64,000 nucleotides of DNA from the NCBI GenBank assembly GCA_965219995.1, contig CBDCOX010000002.1:4640001-4704000 (forward strand), written 5' to 3'. Within the stretch, counting starts at the first letter, position 1, and the number at the start of each line of letters is the position of its first letter. Under the pieces are notes generated by a model that ran no database searches, was not told where the DNA came from, and was given only the letters and a program-made list of their open reading frames with translations. This document shows, in pieces, positions 21,618-30,850 of this stretch. The position numbers were made by a program, and so were the translations under genes. Source of the DNA: Candidatus Latescibacterota bacterium (lineage in GTDB: Bacteria; Latescibacterota; UBA2968; GCA-2709665).

Positions 21618-21783
21618 GCGGGTAGAAGTAAGACGTGAGGCGGGAGATGACATCAGAGCCTGTTCGGTATCATCTCTTGCCAGCGGCATAATGGAAGAAC
21701 CAAACGGGCAAGGACGTCATCTACCGTCTACCCTCTACCGTCTCACCGCTTTCATCTTCCGTCTTGCGTCTCACGTCTCACCG
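21618..21783 (-). repeat. Heptamer-flanked modular repeat element, copy A
   Basis: Reverse complement reads CGGTGAGACGTGAGACGCAAGACGGAAGATGAAAGCGGTGAGACGG...GGTAGATGACGTCCTTGCCCG..., homologous to 28614, 39757 and 48696. Confidence 0.85.
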
Positions 21784-21819
21784 AAGTTGGATGGTTGACA
21801 AGCAGAAGGAGCAGACAGA

Positions 21820-24324
21820 ATGTCGAATGAGACGACGCCAAAGAGCATCGAAGTGATTGACGGGTCGCACGTGCCCGGTGAGGTGCCCGTGTTAAGAAGC
21901 AGGGACGTGGTGATCTTTCCTTACATGCTGTCGCCGTTGTCTGTCGAAAGCGAACAGGCGATCCGGGCGGTGGATACGGCCGTGAACGGCGGACATCGGG
22001 TCGTTGCGTTGTTCGGGCAGAAGCCGGGTAAGGAGCCGGAGAAACCCGAACCTGAGAACGACGGCGCCGAGGAGGAAGCAGAGATTCAAGCCGAGGACCT
22101 GTATCAGGTGGGTACCGCGGTGCAGGTGGTCCGGATGCAGCGAACGACCGACAACAAGCTGCAGGTCCTCGTCAACGGCATCGCCCGCGTGGGTCTCGAG
22201 GCACTGGTTCAGACCGCGCCCTATCCGCTGGCGCGGATCAGGGTGTTGGACGGCTGGGCTGAAAAGACGAACGAGTTGGAGGCGCTTTCCCAGAACGTGA
22301 TGGACCTGTTCAAAAGGGCGATGGACCTGGTGCCCAATGTGCCGAAAGAGCTGATCGCGGCGCTGGATTCACTGAGCGAACCGGAGAAGAAGGCGGACTT
22401 CATCGCGTCCCAGTTCAACCTGAGGTTCGAGGAGCGCCAGGAGGTGTTGTCCGAGCTCAACCTCCGGCTGAGGTTCGAGCTGATTCACAAGGTTCTGACA
22501 CGGGAAGTCGAAATCCTGGAACTGCGGCAGAAGATCCAGAGCGATGCCGCCGGTTCGATGGACGAAGCGCAGCGCGAATATTTCCTCCGACAACAGCTCA
22601 ACGCGATTCGAGAGGAGCTCGGTGAGGGCGAGGATGAGGCCGAGGAGATCGAGGAGACGCGGGAGAAGATCGAAGCGGCCGGGATGACCGGCGAGGCGCG
22701 GAAGGCCGCCGACCGCGAGCTCTCGCGGATGGAGAGAATGCCGGGGGAATCGGCGGAATATACCGTCTCGCGGACCTATCTCGACTGGCTGGTTGAATTG
22801 CCGTGGAGCAAGTCGAGCGAAGACCGCATCGACGTGGACCGGGCGCAGAAGATCCTGGACGACGACCACTACGGCATTGAAAAACCCAAGGACCGGATTC
22901 TGGAATATCTGGCCGTAAGAAGGCTTAAAAACGACATGCGGGGTCCGATTCTGTGCCTGGTGGGTCCGCCGGGCACAGGGAAGACCTCGCTGGGCCGTTC
23001 CGTGGCCCGAGCCCTGGACCGCACTTTTGTCCGGATATCGCTGGGCGGCGTCCGGGATGAATCGGAGGTCCGGGGCCACCGGAGGACCTACGTGGGCGCG
23101 CTGCCGGGTCGGATCATCCAGGGGCTGCGGCGGGCGGGTACGAACAATCCTGTCTTCATGCTGGATGAGATCGACAAACTGGGCGCGGATTTCCGCGGCG
23201 ACCCGTCCGCGGCGCTGCTGGAAGTACTGGATCCGGAGCAGAACTGCCGGTTCGAGGACCATTACCTCGACGTGCCGTTCGATCTTTCGCAGGTGATGTT
23301 CATCGCCACCGCGAATACCCTGCATACGATCCCGCCCGCGCTGCTGGACCGGATGGAGGTCCTCGAACTTCCGGGCTATACCGAGCAGGAAAAGCTGCAA
23401 ATCGCCCGCATCTACCTGGTGCCCAGGCAGCTTGACGAGCACGGGTTGACGGAGAGTCGGCTGGCGATCGACAACGATGCGTTAACGGGCCTGATCCGAT
23501 ACTATACCTGCGAGGCGGGGTTGCGAAACCTCGAGAGGGCGGTGGGAACGCTCTGCCGCAAGGTTGCGCGCCGGTTCGCGCAGGGCCGGAAGCGAAAGGT
23601 CAGCGTCAAGACCAGGCACCTGCACGAATACCTGGGGCCGCGGCAGTTCCAGCACGAAATCGCGGAGGACGATGATGAGGTGGGCGTTGCGGCGGGACTG
23701 GCTGTGACGTCCGCGGGCGGCGACGTGATGTTCGTGGAGGCCACGCTGATGCCCGGGGGCGGGAATCTGAATTTGACCGGCCAGGTGGGGGACGTGATGC
23801 AGGAGTCCGTCCAGGCCGCGATGACGTACGTGCGTTCGCGGTGGGAGCGCCTGGGCCTGCCCGAAAAATTCAACGTGGAGAAGGACGTGCACGTCCACGC
23901 GCCGGCGGGAGCCGTGCCGAAGGACGGCCCGTCCGCGGGGATAACGATGGCGGCCGTCCTGGCGTCGGTGTTTACGGGTCGTCCGGTCCGGAAGGACGTG
24001 GCGATGACAGGGGAAATCACGCTGCGGGGCAAGGTCCTGCCGGTTGGGGGCGTGCGGGACAAGATACTGGCGGCCCACCGCGCGGGTTTCCGGACGGTGA
24101 TTCTACCTGCGAAAAACCGGAAGGACCTGGAGGAAGTGCCGGACACGATCCGGAAGGACGTGAAACTGGTGTTCGCCGACCACGTGGACAAGGTGCTGAA
24201 CACCGTGTTGTTGAAGAAGCGAAGGGCGTCGACCGGACGCCGGTCGCCGGCAGCAGGGAGCAGGCCGTCGGTCCGCACCGGCAACCGTCCAAGACCTGCC
24301 GTGAGCGCGGATTCCGGTAAGTAA
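21820..24324 (+). CDS. lon: ATP-dependent protease La (Lon)
   Basis: LON N-domain, GPPGTGKTS Walker A, LDEIDK Walker B, PKDGPSAG catalytic Ser, GGVRDK; AAGGAG RBS. Confidence 0.97.
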   Translation: MSNETTPKSIEVIDGSHVPGEVPVLRSRDVVIFPYMLSPLSVESEQAIRAVDTAVNGGHRVVALFGQKPGKEPEKPEPENDGAEEEAEIQAEDLYQVGTAVQVVRMQRTTDNKLQVLVNGIARVGLEALVQTAPYPLARIRVLDGWAEKTNELEALSQNVMDLFKRAMDLVPNVPKELIAALDSLSEPEKKADFIASQFNLRFEERQEVLSELNLRLRFELIHKVLTREVEILELRQKIQSDAAGSMDEAQREYFLRQQLNAIREELGEGEDEAEEIEETREKIEAAGMTGEARKAADRELSRMERMPGESAEYTVSRTYLDWLVELPWSKSSEDRIDVDRAQKILDDDHYGIEKPKDRILEYLAVRRLKNDMRGPILCLVGPPGTGKTSLGRSVARALDRTFVRISLGGVRDESEVRGHRRTYVGALPGRIIQGLRRAGTNNPVFMLDEIDKLGADFRGDPSAALLEVLDPEQNCRFEDHYLDVPFDLSQVMFIATANTLHTIPPALLDRMEVLELPGYTEQEKLQIARIYLVPRQLDEHGLTESRLAIDNDALTGLIRYYTCEAGLRNLERAVGTLCRKVARRFAQGRKRKVSVKTRHLHEYLGPRQFQHEIAEDDDEVGVAAGLAVTSAGGDVMFVEATLMPGGGNLNLTGQVGDVMQESVQAAMTYVRSRWERLGLPEKFNVEKDVHVHAPAGAVPKDGPSAGITMAAVLASVFTGRPVRKDVAMTGEITLRGKVLPVGGVRDKILAAHRAGFRTVILPAKNRKDLEEVPDTIRKDVKLVFADHVDKVLNTVLLKKRRASTGRRSPAAGSRPSVRTGNRPRPAVSADSGK

Positions 24325-24360
24325 GGGGTCCGCAGGGATGGCAGAAAGCATGTCTGTCGA

Positions 24361-24407
24361 ACAAAAAAGGGTCGAACCGCGCAACAGCGGCTTCGACCCT
24401 TTTTTGT
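24361..24407. terminator. Bidirectional intrinsic terminator
   Basis: ACAAAAAAGGGTCGAA-CCGC-loop-GCGG-C-TTCGACCCTTTTTTGT between convergent lon and lipoprotein genes. Confidence 0.85.
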
Positions 24408-24495
24408 CTCACGATCGTTCAGATGGGATTCTCGATTCGGGACATAATCTCGCTGTACGCCGGATGCTGTCCGGTGCCGGGTCTGAAGGATATCG

Positions 24496-25554
24496 CTATT
24501 CCGTCACGCCCTTAGTATCCGCGTCGGCGTCCTCGGTGTCCGGAGCGTCCCGTCTCTGCTCTTCAAGCCGGCGCTTCTCTTCAACGCGTCTGTTCAGTTC
24601 AAGTATGGCGTTTCTGTATTTTGCCGTCGACTTTCTGCCATTGGCTTCCCGAAGCGCAGCGCGCGCCTGGTCGAACCGGTCCGTATACATGCAGCTCACA
24701 CCGAGATTGTAGTATGCCTTATGGACTTCGGGAGAACCGGAATAGTTCTCGGTTGCCACTTTGAAAATGTCGATTGCGGCATCCCAGTTGCCCGCCTGGA
24801 CCCTTCGGAAGCCGTGTTCCAGTTCCGGCAGTTCCTTGTCGGTTTCGAATGAGACGTGCACGCGCTCGGCATACGGCACGATCATCCTCTCGAGAGAACG
24901 CACGATGTCTGCACGGCACCTGGCGAACAGCCGTCTGCGGTCGGCATTGTCGATGCGGGCCTTGTCCAATGACTTATCCGATTTCCTGATTATCTCACGT
25001 TCGGCGAATCTCCTTGTCGCCAGAATCCGCGACGTGCTCAGGTCCACGATTCGCAGTTGGACTTCCACGTGCGCGGTCCCTTTGAATGCGTATTGCCGAC
25101 TGTCGGTTTTCTTGTTCGTCTTTTTTCCCGTCTTGTCAGCGTCTTCCCCGGTTTCCTCCTCCTCGTAGTCGTATGCCAGGATTCCGCCCGAAATGAGGAC
25201 GGTGCTACCGTTATCGTCCTTCGGACCACGACCGATCTTCAGATTCTCATAGTCCAGCAGTTCGAATCGCCCGGAATGCGCAATTGCCTGCGCCATCTCA
25301 GCGGACAATTTCCGGGCCCAGGTGTCTTTGGATTCAACACCCTGCAGAAACTTGCCGAGGTCGCCGAGTTTCGATACGAATCCGCCGCTGGAACCCTTGA
25401 TATCGCCGATTGTGATTCTGTCGTACTCACTCAGGTTGACTTCAGCCGGACGCGTCACCAGAAAGGAGATGCTCCTGCCGCCGCAGGCCGTCAACAGACC
25501 CGAGACCGTCAAGACCGACCAGAGGGTAAGATGACGCAAGGAAGTTTTCAACAT
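24496..25554 (-). CDS. Lipoprotein with CsgG-like/DUF6340-type domain and C-terminal TPR
   Basis: Lipobox LLTAC; VTRPAEVNL; VEVQLRIVDLSTSRIL; TPR-like KAYYNLGVSCMYTDRFDQARAALREA. Confidence 0.65.
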   Translation of the reverse strand: MLKTSLRHLTLWSVLTVSGLLTACGGRSISFLVTRPAEVNLSEYDRITIGDIKGSSGGFVSKLGDLGKFLQGVESKDTWARKLSAEMAQAIAHSGRFELLDYENLKIGRGPKDDNGSTVLISGGILAYDYEEEETGEDADKTGKKTNKKTDSRQYAFKGTAHVEVQLRIVDLSTSRILATRRFAEREIIRKSDKSLDKARIDNADRRRLFARCRADIVRSLERMIVPYAERVHVSFETDKELPELEHGFRRVQAGNWDAAIDIFKVATENYSGSPEVHKAYYNLGVSCMYTDRFDQARAALREANGRKSTAKYRNAILELNRRVEEKRRLEEQRRDAPDTEDADADTKGVTE

Positions 25555-25610
25555 AACACAATGCTCCGGGCGGAATGGGAATTCGCCTGCAAGAGCCGAA
25601 TCCCGTATAG

Positions 25611-26393
25611 CTACTCCTCCGTTCCAGTCAGGGCGCGGATGCGGTCGACGATTGCCTCGACTGTCTCGGTGACCACGGTAAGCAGCGCGATCCGGTCCTC
25701 CACGAAGACCTGTGCGCCTTCATATCGGTAATGTACAGCATACCGGGTCAGCCAAGTAAGACGCTCGCCGGCAGGGGTGTCATTTTCGGCGGAATGCTGC
25801 CTTACGATCGCGGCGAGGTCCGCCAGATCATGTGTGTTGACGTAGTCTGCGTCAAGCGCGGAAATCCAGCCCTTCAGGGCGTTTTCGAGTGCCTGTTGCG
25901 CGTGAAAGCCAATGGCTTCCTGAGAAGACCGGGGGTCTTCCGTGAGCACTTCCAGATCGCCGAGACAGCGCTGGGCGTTGGCAATGCGCTGCTTAATGTC
26001 GGGCCAGTTGCTCGGCGCCGGATTGTCGTAGTTTACTTTGTCACCATTGGCGTCGAAACCGTCGCGGACGGCTTGGCCCGCCACGTGGTTGCGCGCGCGG
26101 CGACCGTAATGGAAATCCACGACGCTCATTTCGACGAGGTCGACGCCGACCGAGCCGCCGTACAGTGCTCTGGCTTTTCCGTGAGCGATCGAACTGGCGC
26201 GCTGGTACGAGCCATTGTCCAGGGGATCGGAGTCCGTAACGACGAGCAGATCGACGTCCGAATCCGGGACGAAGTCGCCACGGGCTCGCGAGCCGAACAG
26301 GATCACCCGGTCCGGATGGACCGCGTTGCCAACGGCGCGGGCCACGGCGCAGGCTTTCGGATCGGGTGCGTAACGTGTCGGGAACTTTGCCAT
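25611..26393 (-). CDS. MNT-HEPN fusion protein (minimal nucleotidyltransferase plus HEPN)
   Basis: Start MAKFPT at 26393; VILFGSRARGDFVPDSDVDLLV (MNT), then IGFHAQQALENALKG...THDLADL...YAVHYRY (HEPN). Confidence 0.88.
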   Translation of the reverse strand: MAKFPTRYAPDPKACAVARAVGNAVHPDRVILFGSRARGDFVPDSDVDLLVVTDSDPLDNGSYQRASSIAHGKARALYGGSVGVDLVEMSVVDFHYGRRARNHVAGQAVRDGFDANGDKVNYDNPAPSNWPDIKQRIANAQRCLGDLEVLTEDPRSSQEAIGFHAQQALENALKGWISALDADYVNTHDLADLAAIVRQHSAENDTPAGERLTWLTRYAVHYRYEGAQVFVEDRIALLTVVTETVEAIVDRIRALTGTEE

Positions 26394-26476
26394 TGTAGAC
26401 GTAACCCTTTTGCGCCGCGCGGCCGTTTTCCGTCCGTCCGCCGAGCAGCGGACAGGGACTTGACCGGGGTCTCGGC

Positions 26477-27844
26477 TTAGCCCGTCCAGGGTCCGGTAAT
26501 AGCCAGGGTGATACCCGGCGACTGGATGTTGGCGTAGAGCGTGCGGCCGTCGGGCGAGAACGTGGCGCCTGCGAACTCGGACTCGTTGAAGGCGTTGCGG
26601 CCGAGCTTGTAGAGCCGCCCCTCCGGAGTGACCCCCACCAGGTGGTTGTCCCCGCCGCCGTCCTCGCAGAGCACGAGGTCGCCCCAGGGCGCCACCGTCA
26701 GGTTGTCGCAGTTCTCCACCAGGTTGCCGTCGTTGGGCTCGATGAACAGCTCCAGGGTCCCCGGCGATTCCGTTTCTTCGGGCGTCCCCTCGCCGGGGCT
26801 CGGTTCGTAGCGCCACACCTGTCCCTTCTTCTCCTTGCCGCCGCTGGTGCATGCAAAGTAGACGGCCTCCCTGCCGTACCACATGCCCTCGCCGCGGGAG
26901 AATCGGGCGGCGCCCTTGTCGAATCCCTGGTTGCGCAGGTCATTGTTCGGGGACTCCACGTCCTCCACGTCCACCCAGGCCGCGGCCATGCGGTCCCCGG
27001 GAGCGACGGTCTGCGACTCGTGGTTGGACGTGTCCAGGCTCGGCCGGTCGAGGGCCATGAGCGCCTGCAGCCGGCCGCCTGCCGCGAGATTTCCGGGCTC
27101 GTCGGGCAGGTAGCGGTAGATGAGACCGTCGCCGGCGTCCTCGGTCTGATAGACGATGCCCGTTGCCGGATGGACGGCCACGGCCTCGTGGTTGAACCGG
27201 CCCATGGCCTTCAGGGCGACCGGCTCCACCGGCCCCGTGGCCGGACCCGCCGGGACCTCGAAGTTGTACCCGTGGTCCTGTTCGTGGTTTTCGTCGGCGC
27301 GCTGGGTCGTTTCCTCGCAGGTGATCCAGCTTCCCCATGGGGTGAGGCCGCCGGCGCAGTTGCGTACGGTGCCGGCGAGGCTGAGGTAATGCGTCTCCAG
27401 CTCACCGGCGGGGCCGAGCACGAAAGTCGTCGTCCCACCCTGCGGCGGGTCGCCGTGGCCCCAGTCGTAGAACCGCTCGCGCGGCAGCTTGTCGAGACGC
27501 TCGTTCTCATCGCCGAAAGCGCCGACCTTGCGGGCACCCGCGGAGAGTTCGTGGTTGCAGACCAGCAGGGTCCGTCCCTCCGCCCCGGGAAAGGCGGCCA
27601 TGGCGTCGGGAAGTCCCGGCACCCGCAGGCCGTCGTTCATCTCGACGCCGGTGCGGGAGATCACCCGGTAGGTGAAGCCCGGGGGCAGGTCGATGATCCC
27701 GCCAGGGTCCGGTCGCATGGGGCCGTAACCCGCGGAGATCCCCTCATCGCGGGCTTCCCCCCAGACCACGTGGTACTGCAGCCCATGGAATCCCAGGGTG
27801 ACGGCGGCCGCCGACTTCAGGAACTGCCTTCTGGAGACTGGCAT
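26477..27844 (-). CDS. phoX: PhoX-family alkaline phosphatase (DUF839), Tat-exported
   Basis: SRRQFLK Tat motif; NHE, NCAGGLTPWGSWITCEE, MGRFNHEAVAV, RGEG, DNL, CED, EFAGATFSPDG..LYANIQSPG. Confidence 0.88.
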   Translation of the reverse strand: MPVSRRQFLKSAAAVTLGFHGLQYHVVWGEARDEGISAGYGPMRPDPGGIIDLPPGFTYRVISRTGVEMNDGLRVPGLPDAMAAFPGAEGRTLLVCNHELSAGARKVGAFGDENERLDKLPRERFYDWGHGDPPQGGTTTFVLGPAGELETHYLSLAGTVRNCAGGLTPWGSWITCEETTQRADENHEQDHGYNFEVPAGPATGPVEPVALKAMGRFNHEAVAVHPATGIVYQTEDAGDGLIYRYLPDEPGNLAAGGRLQALMALDRPSLDTSNHESQTVAPGDRMAAAWVDVEDVESPNNDLRNQGFDKGAARFSRGEGMWYGREAVYFACTSGGKEKKGQVWRYEPSPGEGTPEETESPGTLELFIEPNDGNLVENCDNLTVAPWGDLVLCEDGGGDNHLVGVTPEGRLYKLGRNAFNESEFAGATFSPDGRTLYANIQSPGITLAITGPWTG

Positions 27845-28380
27845 CTACCCCTCCGTTTCGGTCAATACGTGAATGCGGTTGACGATTGCCGTGACGGTCC
27901 CGGTCACCTCCTCGAGCAGCTCGGAGCGATCGTGAAGCAGGACTGCCGCGCCTGCATAGCGATATCTCACCGCATACTCTGTCAGCCACGCCAGCCGTTC
28001 GCCGGCGGCCGTGTCGTTTTCGGCGGGATGCCGCCGCACGGTCGCGGCCAGGTCCGCCAGATCGTGTGTATTGCCGTAGTCTGCGTTGAGCGCGGAAATC
28101 CAGCCCTTCAGCGCGTTTTCGAGTGCCTGCTGCGCGCGAAAGCCGATGGCTTCCTTCGCAGCGTTCGCCTCTACCAGAATCTTCAGAACGCTGAGTTCCC
28201 GCTCGGCATTCGCGATGCGCTGCCGTACATCGGGCCAGTTGCTCGGCTCCGGGTTGTTGTAATTTACCTTGTCTCCATTGGCGTCGAAACCGTCGCGGAC
28301 TGCCTGGCCGGCCACGTGGTTGCGCGCGCCACGGCGCAGGCTTTCGGGTCGGGTGACAGGCTTGTTGGCGTCACCGGCAT
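27845..28380 (-). pseudogene. Second MNT-HEPN paralog with MNT domain deleted and frameshifted
   Basis: ATG at 28380 with AAGGTG RBS gives MPVTPTSLSPDPKACAVAR, matching copy 1, then joins RNHVAGQAV out of frame at GCGCGCGC (28322-28329); the HEPN part is intact at 27845-28315. Confidence 0.85.
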
Positions 28381-28613
28381 GGTTGATTCACCTTTGCGTG
28401 GTACGGATCATATGGCCGGAGTCGACTGGTTTCCCCCCTGGGGGCGAGGGCATCCTGCCCTCGAGGCGCCCGTTCCGGTTACGCCACATCACGGCGCAGA
28501 CGCCAACGGATTGGTTTCTGCTTCAGACTGACAGCTAAAGGCTGATAGCTGAAAGCTGGTTTTCTCCCCCTCTCCCCTTGGGAGAGGGGGCCGGGGGGAG
28601 AGGTCGCCAAAAA

Positions 28614-28778
28614 CCGGTGAGACGGAAGACTTTAGACGGTAGATGAAAGCGGTGAGACGGTAGACGTTAGACGGTAGATGACGTCCTTGCCCGATTGGTT
28701 TTTCCCTTATGCCTGCGGCACAAAATGAAACCGGACGCGGCGGACAATCTCTCCCCTCTTACATTTCACGTCTCCCCT
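28614..28778 (+). repeat. Heptamer-flanked modular repeat element, copy B
   Basis: CCGGTGAGACGGAAGACTTTAGACGGTAGATGAAAGCGGTGAGACGGTAGACGTTAGACGGTAGATGACGTCCTTGCCCGATTGG...inverted CTCTTACATTTCACGTCTCCC. Confidence 0.85.
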
Positions 28779-28836
28779 CCTTCAGCTCTTTCTCTGTCTT
28801 TCCTTTGTGTCTCCCTATGGGTTGGTTTTCGCTTTT

Positions 28837-28863
28837 ATCCTGTTCATCCTGTCCATCCATGTT
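28837..28863 (-). repeat. 9-mer GGA-rich repeat (AACATGGATGGACAGGATGAACAGGAT)
   Basis: Same motif at 38921-38947 (-), 46622-46640 (+), 48625-48653 (+), 51937-51964 (+). Confidence 0.85.
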
Positions 28864-28887
28864 GGTACAGGACTGTGAATTTAACGG

Positions 28888-29124
28888 TCAAACCCGTTTG
28901 GCGATTTCGGGCTGAATCTCTTCGTACTCGGGGAAGCGGCCTTCCTTTATCTTGGAGAAGGTGAGTTCACCGTCAATGGTGACTTCGAACTTCCCACCCC
29001 CGGAAGGAATGAGTGTGAAGCCTTGAATGTCCTGTTTGAACTCTCTGAGGAGTCTGTCCGTCAAACTGACGGTCTCGTCTTCGTAGCCTCAAGCTGCACA
29101 ATATTCGATGTCGATTCTGGGCAT
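28888..29124 (-). CDS. SelW/SelT/SelH (Rdx family) selenoprotein, 78 aa, Sec at codon 12
   Basis: Not in ORF track. AAGGAGG RBS; MPRIDIEYCAA-UGA-GYEDETVSLTDRLLREFKQDIQGFTLIPSGGGKFEVTIDGELTFSKIKEGRFPEYEEIQPEIAKRV*; CxxU plus GGGKFEV and RFP Rdx motifs; CCGTCA-GTT-TGACGG hairpin 16 nt after the UGA. Confidence 0.92.
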
Positions 29125-29197
29125 CTGGCGCCTCCTTGACGTGTGCGGATGAAATCCGGAGTCGGGTAGGATATCGAGGTGATTTCAGGACTGATTT

Positions 29198-29226
29198 AAT
29201 ATATCTCCTCCCGCCGGGATTGTCAA
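29198..29226 (-). promoter_or_regulatory. Putative sigma70 promoter of the selenoprotein gene
   Basis: Minus strand TTGACA-17 nt-TATATT. Confidence 0.65.
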
Positions 29227-29331
29227 TACGAGGGTCGCGAAAGATGTCAGGATTCCGCTTGACCGTCGCCATTGCGGGGTATAGATTGCGTTGGCATTCG
29301 GGGCGGTTTTCGGCATGTGGAAAAGGAGTGC

Positions 29332-30846
29332 ATGATGTCTGCGCAACGGGCTTACGAAGATCTCATCGGCCGATGGAAGGAACTTCAGGTGCTGGAATCC
29401 TGCGCGGCCGTGCTCGGGTGGGATGAACGCACCTATATGCCCCGGGGGGGCGCCGCTCACCGCGCGGAACAGCACGCCCTTCTGGCCGGGATGGCGCACG
29501 AACGGGCAACCGCGCCCGGGGTGGGGGAACTGCTGGCGCGGATCGAGGCGGACGTCAACGGCTTCGAAGTGGATTCAGCGGCTGCCGTCAACGTGAGGGA
29601 AATCCGGCGGGAATACGACCGGAGGACGAAGTTGCCGCGGTCCCTGGTGGTGGCGCTTGCGAAGGCGACGACGCTCGCGGAACAGGCGTGGCAGGAGGCG
29701 CGTGAAGTCTCCGCGTTCGAGCCTTTCCGGCCGCATCTCGAGGAGGTGGTGCGGCTTACACGGGACGTGGCTGAGGCGCTCAGGGATGGAGACTCGTTGT
29801 ACGATCCTCTCCTGGACCGGTTTGAACCTGGCGAGACATCCGACAATCTCAAAAGGGTGTTCGGCGCGCTGCGAGACGAACTGGCGCCGCTCGTCGCCGC
29901 GATCGTGGAATCGGGAACAACGCCGGACGCTTCGATCCTGACCCGGGAGTATCCCGTGGAAAGGCAGGCCGCATTCGGCACGGCGGCCGCGGAGGCGATC
30001 GGCTTCGACTTCGAGCGCGGGCGCCTGGATGAAACGGTGCATCCGTTCTGCTCGGGGATCGGTCCGGGCGACACCAGGATTACGACCCGCTACGACCGCA
30101 ACCAGTTTGCGCAGGCCTTCTTCGGGACCCTTCACGAGACCGGCCACGGCCTGTACGACCAGGGTCTCGACGCCGCGCATTACGGGACGCCGATGGGCGA
30201 CGCCGTATCCCTGGGGATACACGAGTCCCAATCCAGGATGTGGGAGAATTTCGTTGGACGCAGCCGGGCGTTCTGGACGCATTTCTTCCCGCGGGCGCGG
30301 GACGTCTTTCCCGCGGCGCTGGCGGGTGTTTCGCCGGACGCGTTCTATTTTTCGGTCAATGACGTGCGGCCGTCGTTCATTCGCGTGGAGGCGGACGAGG
30401 CGACTTACAACCTTCACATTCTGCTGCGGTTCGCGCTGGAGGAGGCGCTGGTGGAGGGCGATCTTGCGGCAGCGGACGTTCCTGGCGCCTGGAACGAGCG
30501 GTTCGAGCGGGATTTCGGATTGAAGCCGCCCGACGACGCGCACGGATGCCTTCAGGACGTGCACTGGAGCGCCGGACTAATCGGATATTTCCCCACCTAT
30601 ACGCTCGGCAATCTCTATGCCGCCCAGTTATTCGAAGCGGCCCGAAGGGACCTGGGCGATCTCGAGGGGCAATTCGCCCAGGGGGAATTCGAACCGTTGC
30701 TGGGATGGCTGAGGGAAAGGATACATCGGCACGGGAATCGCTACCGGGCCCCGGAACTGGTACAGAAGGTCACGGGAAACCCGCTGGACCACCGGGCGTT
30801 GATGGCGCACCTGAAGGCGAAATTCGGACGGTTATATGGGGTCTGA
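29332..30846 (+). CDS. Carboxypeptidase M32 (Taq-type)
   Basis: LGWDERTYMP, HPFC, RITTRY, HETGH (HExxH), HESQSR, IRVEADE, GCLQDVHW, GYFPTYTLG; AAGGAG RBS. Confidence 0.95.
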   Translation: MMSAQRAYEDLIGRWKELQVLESCAAVLGWDERTYMPRGGAAHRAEQHALLAGMAHERATAPGVGELLARIEADVNGFEVDSAAAVNVREIRREYDRRTKLPRSLVVALAKATTLAEQAWQEAREVSAFEPFRPHLEEVVRLTRDVAEALRDGDSLYDPLLDRFEPGETSDNLKRVFGALRDELAPLVAAIVESGTTPDASILTREYPVERQAAFGTAAAEAIGFDFERGRLDETVHPFCSGIGPGDTRITTRYDRNQFAQAFFGTLHETGHGLYDQGLDAAHYGTPMGDAVSLGIHESQSRMWENFVGRSRAFWTHFFPRARDVFPAALAGVSPDAFYFSVNDVRPSFIRVEADEATYNLHILLRFALEEALVEGDLAAADVPGAWNERFERDFGLKPPDDAHGCLQDVHWSAGLIGYFPTYTLGNLYAAQLFEAARRDLGDLEGQFAQGEFEPLLGWLRERIHRHGNRYRAPELVQKVTGNPLDHRALMAHLKAKFGRLYGV

Positions 30847-30850
30847 GCCA

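Noticed and set aside
26394-26882. N-terminal extension of the 423-aa ORF in the track
   Set aside because: Overlaps phoX in another frame; the paralog indicates a start near MAKFPT at 26393
28973-29272. 99-aa minus-strand ORF in the track
   Set aside because: Different frame overlapping the better-supported selenoprotein and its promoter
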